64,000 bases of DNA from the human T2T-CHM13v2.0 reference genome, Homo sapiens. The stretch is taken from the NCBI RefSeq assembly GCF_009914755.1, contig NC_060934.1, one strand, 5' to 3'. Numbering within the stretch: position 1 is the stretch's first letter; each line of letters starts with the position of its first letter. The notes beneath the pieces are model-generated. The model saw nothing but the letters and a program-made list of their open reading frames with translations. It was not told where the DNA came from and ran no database searches. This document shows positions 16,505 to 29,367 of the stretch, piece after piece. The translations under genes and the position numbers were made by a program.

Positions 16505-16509
<5 letters not shown>

Positions 16510-16980
16510 CCAATTGCTTGGTAAATATTCCTCCATCCCTTTATTTTGAGCCTATGTGTGTCTTTGCACGTGAAATGGGTCTCCTGAATGTATTCAGGTG
16601 TATTCACACTGATTGGTCTTGACTGTTTATCCAATTTGCCAGTCTATGAGGCTATTGAGTCTATTGAGTCCAATTGCCAGTTAATTGAGGCGTTTAGCCC
16701 ATTTACATTTAAGGTTAATATTGTTATGTGTGAATTTGATTCTGTCATTATGATGCTAGCTGGTTATTTTGCCTGTTACTGATGCAGTTTCTTCATAATG
16801 TCGATGGCCTTTACTATTTGGTATGTTTTTACAGTAGCTGGTACCAGTTGTTCCTTTCCATATTTAGTGCTTCCTTCAGGAGCTCTTGTTACGCAGCCCT
16901 GGTGGTGACAAAATCTCTCAGCATTTGCTTGTCTGTAAAGGATTTTATTTCTCCTTCGCTTATGAAGCTTAGGTTGGCTA

Positions 16981-17368
<388 letters not shown>

Positions 17369-19337
17369 CTACTGTTAGTCTGATGGGCTTCCCTTTGTGG
17401 GTAACCCAACCTTTCTCTCAGGCTGCCCTTAATTTCTTTTCTTTCATTTCAACCTTGGTAAATCTGATGACTGTGTATTATGTGTCTTAGGGTTGCTCTT
17501 CTCAAGGAGTATCTCTGTGGTGTTCTCTGTATTTCCTCAATTTGAATGTTGGCCTGTCTTGCTAGGCTGGGGAAGTTCTTCTGGATAATATCCTGAAGAG
17601 TGTTTTCCAGCTTGGTTCCATTCTCTCCATCAGTTTCAGGTACACCAATCAAACTTAGGTTTGGTCTTTTCACATGGTCCCATATTTCTGGAGGCTTTGT
17701 TCATTCCTTTTCATTTTTTTTTCTTTAATCTTGTCTTCACGCTTTATTTCATTAAGTTGATCTTCAATCTCTGATATCCTTTCTTCCACTTGATTGATTT
17801 GGCTATTGATACTTACGTATGCTTCACAACGTTCTCGTGCTGTGTTTTTCAGCTCCATCAGGTCATTTATGTTCTTCTCTAAACTGCTTATTCTAGTTAG
17901 CAATTCCTCTAACCTTTTTTCAATGTTCTTAGCTTCCTTGCATTTGGTTAGAACATGCTCCTTTAGCTTGAAGGAGTTTGCTATTACCCACCTTCTGAAG
18001 CCTACTTCTGTCAATTCATGAAACCCATTCTCCATCAAGTTTTGTTCTTTTGCTGGCGAGGAGTTGTGATCCTTTGGAGGAGAAGAGGCCTTCTGGTTTT
18101 TGGAATTTTCAGCCTTTTTGTGCTGGTTTTCCTCATCTTCATGGATTTATCTACCTTTGGCCTTTGATGCTGGTGACCTTCAGATGGGGTTTTTGTGTGG
18201 ATGTCCTTTTTGTTGATGTTGATGCTATTCCTTTCTGTTTCTTAGTTTTCCTTTTAACAGTCAGGACCCTCTGCTGCAGGTCTGCTGGAGTTTGCTGGAG
18301 GTCCACTCCAGACTCTGCTTGCCTGGGTATCACCAGCGGAGGTTCAGTTGGAAATGCAGAAATCACCCACCTTCTATGTTGGTCTTGCCGGGAGCTGCAG
18401 ACTGGAGCAGTTCCTATTCAGCCATCTTGCCAGCCATGGTAAGTTAAAACTTTTAACAATCTCAATGGTTCCCCTTGTTCATATACAAAATCAGTATTTT
18501 ATCTCAGATACTAGTGCAAACACTAAGAACCAAATTTTTAGAATTCAGCATTAGGGTTTACATCTAGCAGAATTTCACAGGATCTCTGACTATTAGTTTG
18601 GGAATAGTTCAGAGAAAGGCTGATAGGGAAGGTGAGAGACAGATCAAAGGGGTTAGGAGAGGATTGTTTCAGTAGTACTAGGCCAGCTCTAGTTTTTGTT
18701 CCCCTTTTTCTATAGAAGGTGAGGCAAAGCATGAATCATATGTCATGAAGTTTTTGCTATCCTCCTTGCTCTCCTTGAATTTTAACAGATATCTAAAGGC
18801 AATCAAATATACAAACAATTCACAGCTACCAATCTCAAAGAGAGAAAACAATATAAAGATGATATCCCAAAAGAAACTGTCAAGGCTGAAGAGGTTTAAT
18901 TAGAAAGTAGCTTGGGACTGTATTGATATTTTCTCTCTTCCTTTACAAAGTGGAAACAAATCACGGCAAAGACATATAATTATGTATCAGAAGCACTAAC
19001 GCCTCCAGAAATGCTATCTGAAAGAAATTTGAAAGCAGTAATTAATGCCTATACCACACAAAAAGTGTTTTATATCAACTCTTATCCCTTATAGAACACC
19101 TACAAAAGACCTTTTAAATGACTGCATGGTTTCATAAATTAAGCTTATATTTTCAGATTTCCAATATTAAATATTCATTAAATAAGTGAACATATTTGCT
19201 CAAATATTTTAAATGTTGATGAAATAGATTAAAATCCCTTCTATGGATTTCTTATGATAAAGAAACACTCTATAACACAGAGTTTTACTTGAGGAAGAGG
19301 ACGTAAAATGGAGAATAACAATTATATCTTTCAGCTC

Positions 19338-19638
19338 TTTTTTTTTTTTTTTTTTTGAGACAGAGTCTCACTCTGTCGCCCAGGTTGCAGTCCAGTGGCG
19401 TAATCTTGGCTCACCACAACTTCTGCCTCCTGGGTTCAAGCAATTTTCCTGCTTTGGCCTCCCAAGTAGCTGGGACTACAGACACGCGCCACCACACCTG
19501 GCTAATTTTTGTATTTTTAGTTGAGATGGGGTTTTGCCATATTGGCCAGGCTGGTCTTGAACTCCTGACCTCAGGTGATCTGTCCCACTTGGCCTCCCAA
19601 AGTGCTGGGATTATAGGCATGAGCCACGGCACCTGGCC
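19338..19638 (-). mobile_element. AluS, inserted in the tail of the adjacent Alu
   Basis: Full Alu dimer on minus strand with poly(T) head. Confidence 0.92.
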
Positions 19639-19640
19639 TC

Positions 19641-19944
19641 TTTTTTTTTTTTTTTCTTTTTGAGACAGGGTCTCATTCTGTTGCTGAGGCTGGAGTGCAG
19701 TGATGCAATCGTGGCTCACTGCAGGCTGGACCTCCTGGGTCCAAGTGATCCTCCCATCTCTGCCTCCCAAGTAGTGGAACTACAGGCGCAAGCCACCACA
19801 TCTAGCTAGTTTTTGTATTTTTAGTAGAGACTTTGGGGTTTCACCACATTGCCTAAGCTGGTTTCAAACTCCTGAGCTCAAGCAATCTGCCTGCCTCAGC
19901 CTCCCAAAGCACTGGGATTACACGCATAAGCCACCATGCCCGGC
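19641..19944 (-). mobile_element. AluJ-like
   Basis: Older Alu dimer; near-TSD atctttcagctcttt / atctttcaattcttt brackets both Alus. Confidence 0.88.
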
Positions 19945-20056
19945 ATCTTTCAATTCTTTGATAAACAATTTAATCCCACAAGACCCATGATCCTAAATCG
20001 TAGCTTCATTGTGAATAAATGCTTTTTGGTCCACTTTCAAAACATAAAGTATCCTC

Positions 20057-21005
20057 TGTATCAGATGCTTCTGATGCCCTGCCCACACCTGCTTAGCCTC
20101 ACTTCTGATTCCAGTCACGACTGTGAAGGATAGTTCCTAGCAGACCACAATTCTCTCATGCAGTCAGTGTCATACCCCACGTCTTTCTCGGTATGCTATG
20201 GGGCTTCTCCAAAGCCAGAAATGACACAGGGAGCCTACTAAGTATATGCATATCCATCGAAGTTCAGAGGAGTTAGTGCCCAAGATTAACCCACAACCAA
20301 TGGGGACGAGGAGCTGGCAAACAATTGCTCCTTCCAGTAGACCTTTAGGTAGAGAACTCTAACGGACATTCAACACAATTCTCAAACAGTTCTGAGTAGC
20401 ATGATGCCCCAGCTGGGCTCAGCAGTGACCCTGATAATGCAAGCTTATCCTACATTATTCTTTCCACTTTTTCTTCTGCCCAGTCCCTCACCCCTGCTCC
20501 CTGGTGTTACCACCCAGATGAACTACCTAGAGTTGTTCTCTCTGGCTCTTGCTTTTAAGGAGAATCCAAGCTAAGACTGTTTATACCAGGAGTGGGCCTA
20601 GAAAACAGATCCTTAGGATGATACTGTTGAACTGGATCATTCACAAGCTAGATGGAAATGAGGGTCTATTTTTGGTGATAATCCCTGGTATATGGTATCT
20701 CTCTAGAGTGGATTAGATGGGGTACAGGTAGAAGAGCTTATTGTGAACATCAATTCCCAATTTCGCATTCAGTTACATCATGCAGATAATTTGAAAGCAG
20801 CCGGGTGACAGTATTTACACCACAGAAATGGCAAGCACTACAATTTCGGGTTTCCCCACCCCAAGTGTTCCATAGAACACTGGCTTCTCCAAAGCCACAG
20901 ATGATACAGGGAGCCCACATGTGCATATCCACAGAAGTTCAGAGGAGTTAGTGCCCAAGATTAACCCACAACCAATGGGGGCAAGGAGCTGATAAACAAT
21001 TGCCA
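20057..21005 (+). mobile_element. LTR16-like ERVL LTR with start of internal sequence and a second partial LTR copy
   Basis: LTR end ggagaatccaagctaagac followed by internal-like ttataccaggagtgg; ~125-bp direct repeat at 20205-20328 and 20883-21003. Confidence 0.5.
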
Positions 21006-21532
21006 GCTCTTATGCAGAATTTCAGCCAGCGTTCCAGTTTTCAGCTTCCCTCTTCACATAATCCTATTTTTTAGAAGTACCTAGTATATTTTCCAAGTTT
21101 TACGGCCCGAATCACTAAATCCAAAGCTATTCCTGGTGCTGTGGCATAAATTTGCTGCCTTCATTGTAGGATCAGTCCTTATCCAAGTGCAGGAAGCCTA
21201 TTTGTAATAATTAGAGGCTTAGGAAAGTTTCCAAATACATATTTATACAACAACTTGCCAGTGCTCACGTAAGAATTTCATATACCAAAACCTTAAACCT
21301 TACTTCCTATTACACAAATTCTTATTACATTTTATTACACAAAAATATTCTTGTTAAAATTTTTATAATTTATAAAATTATATCTATTTATTCTCCCACT
21401 ATAATTTATTATCAACTTTTTACTTTCTCAGGGTATACACTATTTGATAAAACAACGGATTCGTAGTTCTCCATGAGTCACTTAACTATACATCCATCCA
21501 CTTATATATAGTATTAATTTATTAATTTACCT

Positions 21533-21828
<296 letters not shown>

Positions 21829-22234
21829 TTATTGTACTTTTATATAGTAAGATCTGCCTGTCAAATATGCTCTAAGAACAAGACACTTTTATTTCTCCCA
21901 GTGTTATCATTTGTCACATATCAGAGTCCCCTACCTAAATCCAGAACAAACACAGTCATAATTATTATCTTAACAGAGCCAAGATAACCAAGGGAGGGAA
22001 AAAATAAAGAGATAGGGATAGAGAGAAAAAGAGATGAGAGTCAGGGGGATGGTCTAAGGAGAAGAGCTTATGCCAAAACCTATGTTCTAAATGTTAGAGG
22101 TTGGTTCTAGAAAAGGCAAAAGGCTTAAGAAGATTCCACCCTGCCCCATGGCACCCCTTATTCGCCAAAATCTTGATTTTTTTAAGTCTTATTGTAAATA
22201 CGTAAGGTGTACCTTCCTCAACAGTGACTAGAAT

Positions 22235-24605
22235 GTCATATATATAATATATATAATTATATATTGTACATAATATATAATTATATAATTATTTTTAGTA
22301 TATGTATATATAATATATATGTAATATATACTATATACTATATATTATATATTATATATCTAAATCCACATATTTATAAATGGAATTCTATTATATACAA
22401 TTATTAATATAAAAAATAAATATATTTAAATTATATATTATAATATATAATTATATAAGATTATATATTATTATATTAGATAATATATATTATATTATAT
22501 ATTATAATATATAATCTTATATAATAATATATATTATTATAATATATAATATATCATATATTATACATAATACATCATACATTATATATTATATATTATA
22601 TATAATATTGTATTACATATTATATATATTATATTACATATTATATATGATATTATCTTACATATTATATATATTATCTTACATATTATATATAATATAT
22701 GATATATATGATATAATATATGATATTATATATGAAATTATATATATTATATATTATATCATATATAATATTATATATTATATCATATATAATATTATAT
22801 ATTATATATAATATATAATATTATATATGATATATGATATAATATTATATATTATATCATATACAATATATAATATATTATATATTATATTATATTATAT
22901 ATATTATTATATATTACATATTATATAATATAATATATATTACATATTATATAATATGTAATATTATATTACATATTATATAATATATAATATATATTAT
23001 ATTATATATAATATATACTATAATATATTATATATTATATTAATTATATAATATATGATGTATTATATATAATATATATCATATATCATATATATGATAT
23101 ACGATATATTATATATAATTATAATATATCATATAAATATAATATATATTATATATAATATATCGTATATCATATATCATAATATACAATATATTATATA
23201 TGATATATCATAGAATATGACACATATATCATATATAAATATATATGATATTATATACATCATATATTATAGATATCTATGTATCATATATAATATATAG
23301 TATAATTATACATTATATATAATTATATATTATATATAATGATACATCATATATGATACATTATATACATATGATATAAATTATATCATATATCATATAT
23401 ATTATATATTATATAATTATATATATAATATACGATACATATATAATTATATATAATATATGATACATATATGATATAATTATATATAATATATGATACA
23501 TATATGATATAATTATATATAATATATGATACATATATGATATAATTATATATAATATATGATACATATATGATATAATTATATAATATATGATACATAT
23601 ATTATATAATTATATATAATATATGATACATATATTATATATATTATGTGTATATATACCTATATGTATATATGTATATTACATATTATATACTACATAT
23701 AAATATATAATATATGTAAACTGTACCTTCCTCAACAGTGACTAGAATTTTATATATATTATATATGATATATTATATATTTATATATTATTGTATATTA
23801 TATATATCATATACATATATGTATATATGTATGTTACGTATTATAATTATATAATATGATACGTAAGCTGTAACTTCAAGTGACTAGAATTTTCTATATA
23901 TTATATATCATATATATCATATATTATATATTTATATATTATATTAAACATAATATATCATATATAACATATCATATATTATGTAACATATTATATATAA
24001 TAGATCATATATAATATATAATATGTAGCATAATATATGATATATATCATATATCATATATTATATATGCAATATATGGTCTATTATATATTATATATTA
24101 TTATATTATATATGATATATAATATAATATATAAATATATAATATATAATAGATCATAGATAATATATATAAAACTAGTCACTGTTGAGGAAGTCATAGC
24201 TTACTTATATTATATATTATATATAATATATAATATGTAAAATACATATATACACATATGTATTATATATCATATATTATATTACATATAATATAGTATA
24301 TATCATATATTATATTATGTATAATATAGTATATATCACATATTATATTATGTATAATATATTATGTATATTATATATTACATATTATATTATGTAGAAT
24401 ATAGTATGTATAATATATAATAGATGACACATAATACATATATGTATACATGTATATTATGTATTATATATCATATATTATATATGATATATAATTATAA
24501 TTATATATAATTATATGTATATTACATATTATATATTATATAATATGTAATATACATACATATACATAGGTGTATATATAACACATATATGTATATATAT
24601 TATAC
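22235..24605. repeat. About 2.4 kb AT-rich (TA)n-derived low-complexity tract, including a 33-bp minisatellite at about 23440-23630
   Basis: Almost pure A/T; repeated tatgatacatatatgatataattatatataata unit (11-codon period in ORF 23386..23598). Confidence 0.95.
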
Positions 24606-24628
24606 TTTAGAGTTTCTAAGAATATAAG

Positions 24629-25020
24629 CTGGGCCCAGTGGCTCACACCTGTAATCCTAGCACTTTGGGAGGCCAAGGCAGGAGGATCACTTGATGTCAG
24701 GAGTTCAAGACCAGCCTGGCCAACATGGTGAAACCCCATCTCCACAAAAATACAAAAATTAGCCAGGCATGATGGTGGGTACCTGTAATCACAGCTACTT
24801 GTGAGGCTGCGGCAGGAGAATCGCTTGAACCTGGGAGGTGGAGGTTATATATATATACATAATATATACTATATGTATGTATATATGTATATGTGTATAT
24901 ATATTATAGAGATATACATATTTTTTCTTTTTTGAGACAGAGTCTCGCTCTGTTGCCCAGCTGGAGTGCAATGGCACAATCTCAGCTCACTGCAACCTCC
25001 ACCTCCAGGTTCAAGCGATT
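24629..25020 (+). mobile_element. AluS whose 3' end is inverted (plus part 24629-24846; minus part about 24921-25020)
   Basis: Alu breaks at ggaggtt; the missing 3' end and tail appear reverse-complemented after an AT spacer. Confidence 0.85.
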
Positions 25021-25076
25021 CCAGGTGATGTCAATGCTGCTGGTCTGGGAACCCCACTGTGAGAACCACTGGTCTA
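25021..25076. mobile_element. MER5A-like terminal fragment
   Basis: ccaggtgat...gctgctggtc...tgagaaccactggtcta. Confidence 0.6.
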
Positions 25077-26839
25077 AATAATTACACTTAATTATTATGT
25101 ATATGCATGTATTTGTATACCTACATTTCATTAACATATGTAATTAATTTTTCATTGTTTTATTATGTTCTAATTAATATATTATCTGTAATTATTAATA
25201 ATCACAGCTGTGTGCTAATTTATGAAGCTCCATAGTTAGCTAGATTTGTTAGGTCGGACTGACTGCTATGTGGTACTTACTTACACACTGAAACAAAAAT
25301 GAAAAATAGGCCATCTGTATATTTGATTAATAGAATAGGACAACAAATCTGGCTTCACTACTCACTACAGCTAACCAAAGCTGCCAAGAATTGGTTTTCT
25401 AGAGGAAATGATGCCTCCTTTAAAGCTTCCATATTAATTTCTAAATCTCAGTTACAAAGTAAATGAAAAATGGTTAGTAAGTAAAGCAGGAATTTGAAGG
25501 CAGTCTAATTTTTTAAATTACACTTTTAATTTTTAAAATATTTAAATATTAAATGTTAAGAAGAGTTTTGAAGGGAAAAATACTTTAAAATGTTTAAAAG
25601 CAGACTCTGGCCCTTTTCCTATTCCCTTTTCTTATTGTTCCCTAAAAGGTACCAGAATTATTCTCCATGTAATTCCACCCACTTTAAGCCTGTTCATAGG
25701 AGAATCTCCAACACAGAATGACAATGATAATCATCCAATGGCATGTGACAAATGGCAGCATAATCAGCTGCTGAAAGAAAGAAACATTTATAGATCTATT
25801 AACTTATTTGTTAAATGAACCATTTCTTGATGAGATTTTTCCTACTCTCTAACCTGCATTTTCAAAGTTCTGTACCATTACATTTCTAAACATCCCAAAA
25901 CAAAAACAATAAAGACAATGTTAATCTAATTTTTAAAACAAAAATTGTCCTAATTTAATTTCTATATTGCTAAATTCAAAGAACACAATAGGCAGGAAGG
26001 ACATTAATAAACTTTTGTGATTTTCTGATAAGAAAAGTATAAACTATCTACAAAGTTGTTCATTTTTAAGGAATTGCATGGTCAGAATATAATAAATTGG
26101 TTATTTCCAGAGTTACTAATATATAAAGACCAAATTTTGAAGCAAAGATAAAAGTTTATGTTCTATGAAAAGAATCAGTATCAAGTTTTCACAATTTACA
26201 GTGATTAAAACATTTTAGAACTAGATAGAGGAGGTAGTTGTACAAGGTTATAAATGTACTAAATGCCGCTGAAATGTCCACTTTAAAATAATTAATTTTA
26301 TGGTTAATCGTTATGTCCATTTCACCTCAATTTTTTAAAATATGTAAAAATAAAAAATAATGGCAAGAAAACTTTCACAACTTTCAAAACTTTCAAGTCA
26401 TTTTGAGATTCTTGCTCCTAACACTGTACAAAAGAAAAAAATGTAAGAGGAAAATGTTAGAGTTCTTATGTATAAACCAAAAAATAAATAATCCTGAATG
26501 CTAATCCTAGAAAAGTATTTCATTTGGTGTTCCCCACCCACCAGGATCTTCATTTACACTCCCTTCTCTTGTGGAGGGACAATCTCAGTCTAACTTCATA
26601 CATGTTCTTTTAGAGTCTAAGGAAAATCTTAGAAATTTCTAAGTAAAACTTTACACATACTCGAGCTAAAAAGCAGAGAGGTAAACAGATTACTTTTAAC
26701 TAGATCAGATTCAGATGGCTTCCATCTTTCCAAATAAATACAAAATTTAGCCCTCATTGGACCTTTCCTTGGGCATTTTTTTTTTAAGAATGTTAAGATT
26801 TGTGGTGAAATTTTTGTTAACCCTACCATTTTTTTAGCC

Positions 26840-27680
26840 AGTCACACTATCAAACACATCCAAGAATAAAGACATTTTCAGATGTGCAAAGTTTAAAAAT
26901 AATTTTTGCCTCTCCTGTGCCCTTTCTGAGGAAGCTGCTGGGGTACACGCTTCTCTAAACTAAGAAAGTAAACCATGAAAGAGGAAGACATGATCCAAGA
27001 AAGAATAGAAGACATTACGGAAGAGAACTGAAGGGAGATCCCAGGATGACAGGTGAGCAGTAGGCTTAAGATTGGAGCAGAAGGATAGAGGCTCTAAGAA
27101 GGGATATCTAAATGAATAAAAGAAAGGAAGAGAGAGAGGGAGAAAGAAAAAGATAAAGGAGGGAGAGAGGAAGAAAAACTTAACAGATAATCTGATATTT
27201 AAATATAATGAGAGATTTATAATTCTTTCAGACAATTTGGTGATGAATTAGTGATAATCAAATAGAAAACTAAGCAGACAAAAGGGAACAGTATAATCAT
27301 TAATCCCTGGGAAAAAGAGAAGTTCTAGTAGAAAGGAAATTTAATTATAGCACAATATGTGGCTTGGCTGTGAAAAATACATACTCATAATATTTAATAA
27401 TATAAACATTGAATATTGATTTAACCAAATATTATCACATACTTTAAAAGATATGGGAAAGGAACAATGTATAAAAAAGCTGACAGCTTACATTTCATAC
27501 TAGCAAGTCAAGAGATAAAATCCAAAACTAAAAACTCAAGAAATAGTTGTATAAAAATATTATTTAGAAAAATAGAAGTAAATACCAGAATAAGCAATTA
27601 AGAGTTAAAGGTGGTTATTATATCCAGAATGAGACATGAAGTTGGAAAGCATGGTGTAGGAAATGCTGTTTTTTCATTAA
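26840..27680 (+). mobile_element. Ancient L1M (L1ME-like) remnant
   Basis: A-rich degenerate L1M-like text (aataaagacattttcagatgtgcaaag); recall only. Confidence 0.4.
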
Positions 27681-27690
27681 GTCTTATGAT

Positions 27691-27951
27691 AGCCAGATGT
27701 GGTGGCTCACACCTCTAATCCCAGCACTTTGGGAGACTGAGGCAGAAGGATCACCTGAGGTCAGGAGCTCGTGACCAGCCTGGCAAATAGGGTGACACCC
27801 TGTCTCTACTAAAAATACAAAAATTAGCCAGGGGCTGAGGCAGCAGAATCGGTTGAACCTGGGAAGCGGAGGTTGCAGTGAGCCGAGATCGCACCACTGC
27901 ACTCCAGCCTGGGTGACAGAGCAAGACTCTGTCTCCAAAAACAAAACAAAA
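27691..27951 (+). mobile_element. AluS with an internal deletion in the right monomer
   Basis: Jump at aaaattagccag/gggctgagg; near-TSD aagtctta(t/a)gat. Confidence 0.88.
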
Positions 27952-27975
27952 AAGTCTTAAGATATTTTGCTTTTA

Positions 27976-28300
<325 letters not shown>

Positions 28301-28341
28301 TCATTAGTTTTTGTTGTTGTTGTTGTTTTGTTTTCTTTTTT

Positions 28342-28534
28342 AGTAGCTGGGATTACAGGTACCCGCCACCAAGCCCGGCTAATTTTTTTTGTTTTTGTTT
28401 TTGTTTTTGTAGTTTTAGTAGAGACGGGGTTTCAGTGTGTTGACCAGGCTGGTCTCGAACACCTAACCTTATGATCCACCCACCTCGGCCTCCCAAAGTG
28501 CTGAGATTACAGGCGTGAGCCATCATGCCTGGCC
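28342..28534 (-). mobile_element. 3'-truncated Alu
   Basis: Left monomer, expanded linker and start of right monomer. Confidence 0.85.
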
Positions 28535-29341
28535 CATCTTTTTTTTTTTTAAGCTTAATTGAAAAATAATAAGACTTGTTATCAATTGTTGAACTTGAGT
28601 TTTTTTATTTGTCTAAATTTAAGGGGCACAAGTGCAGCTTGGTTACATGGATATATTGCATAATGGTGAGGTCGGGCCTTTTAGTGTGTGAACTTGTATT
28701 TTTCAAATCAAACAAGAGTACTATGGTATATAAAACAATTTAAATTGTGCTTAAATTAAAACATGTTTATGCATATATAGATATGTATTCAGTTAAAATC
28801 TTATTTGGGCATCTGAATAGGACATAGTCTTATGAAAAAAGTATCATAAAAATCTCAAAAATCATAATGTTTACAACCATTGTTGACTTTATCTTCTTGA
28901 TAAGTAAAAACCTGTTACTAATTTCACCCAAGTTGAGAAGCCACTCGTGGTCTAAGCAGTTCTGATTCTTGACATAACTTTCTAATTAAAAATGCATTCT
29001 GTCTTAGGACAAAAACATAACCCTTCATTTCAGAGCTCATCAGTAATAGAATGGCCTTAAATCTCACTACATATTTAGTTGAATAATGAGCCAACAACAC
29101 AAAAATGGGCAGCAGTTTTAAAATCAAGATATTCTTCTAATAGGGTATGAAATTAGATAAAATGTCTTCTAACTTATTATTTCTCTCACAACATTAGTTT
29201 CTCATTATTTTTTCATTTGTCCATGTAAGCCTATAAAAAAACTCAGTATCAACACAGTGTAATATAACCAAAGAAAATATTTAAAATTAGGTTAAAGATG
29301 GCAAATTGAACGTAGCCTTCTCCCTCTTTCTCTCACTCACG

Positions 29342-29367
29342 CACACACACACACACACACACACACA
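29342..29367 (+). repeat. (CA)n microsatellite
   Basis: Direct reading. Confidence 0.95.

Noticed and set aside
19355-19770. Alu-derived ORFs here and at other Alus
   Set aside because: Typical Alu translation products with no splice or promoter support
23386-23640. CRISPR-like array or repeat-protein ORF
   Set aside because: 33-bp AT minisatellite without unique spacers; I/Y-rich ORFs are low-complexity artifacts; eukaryotic context
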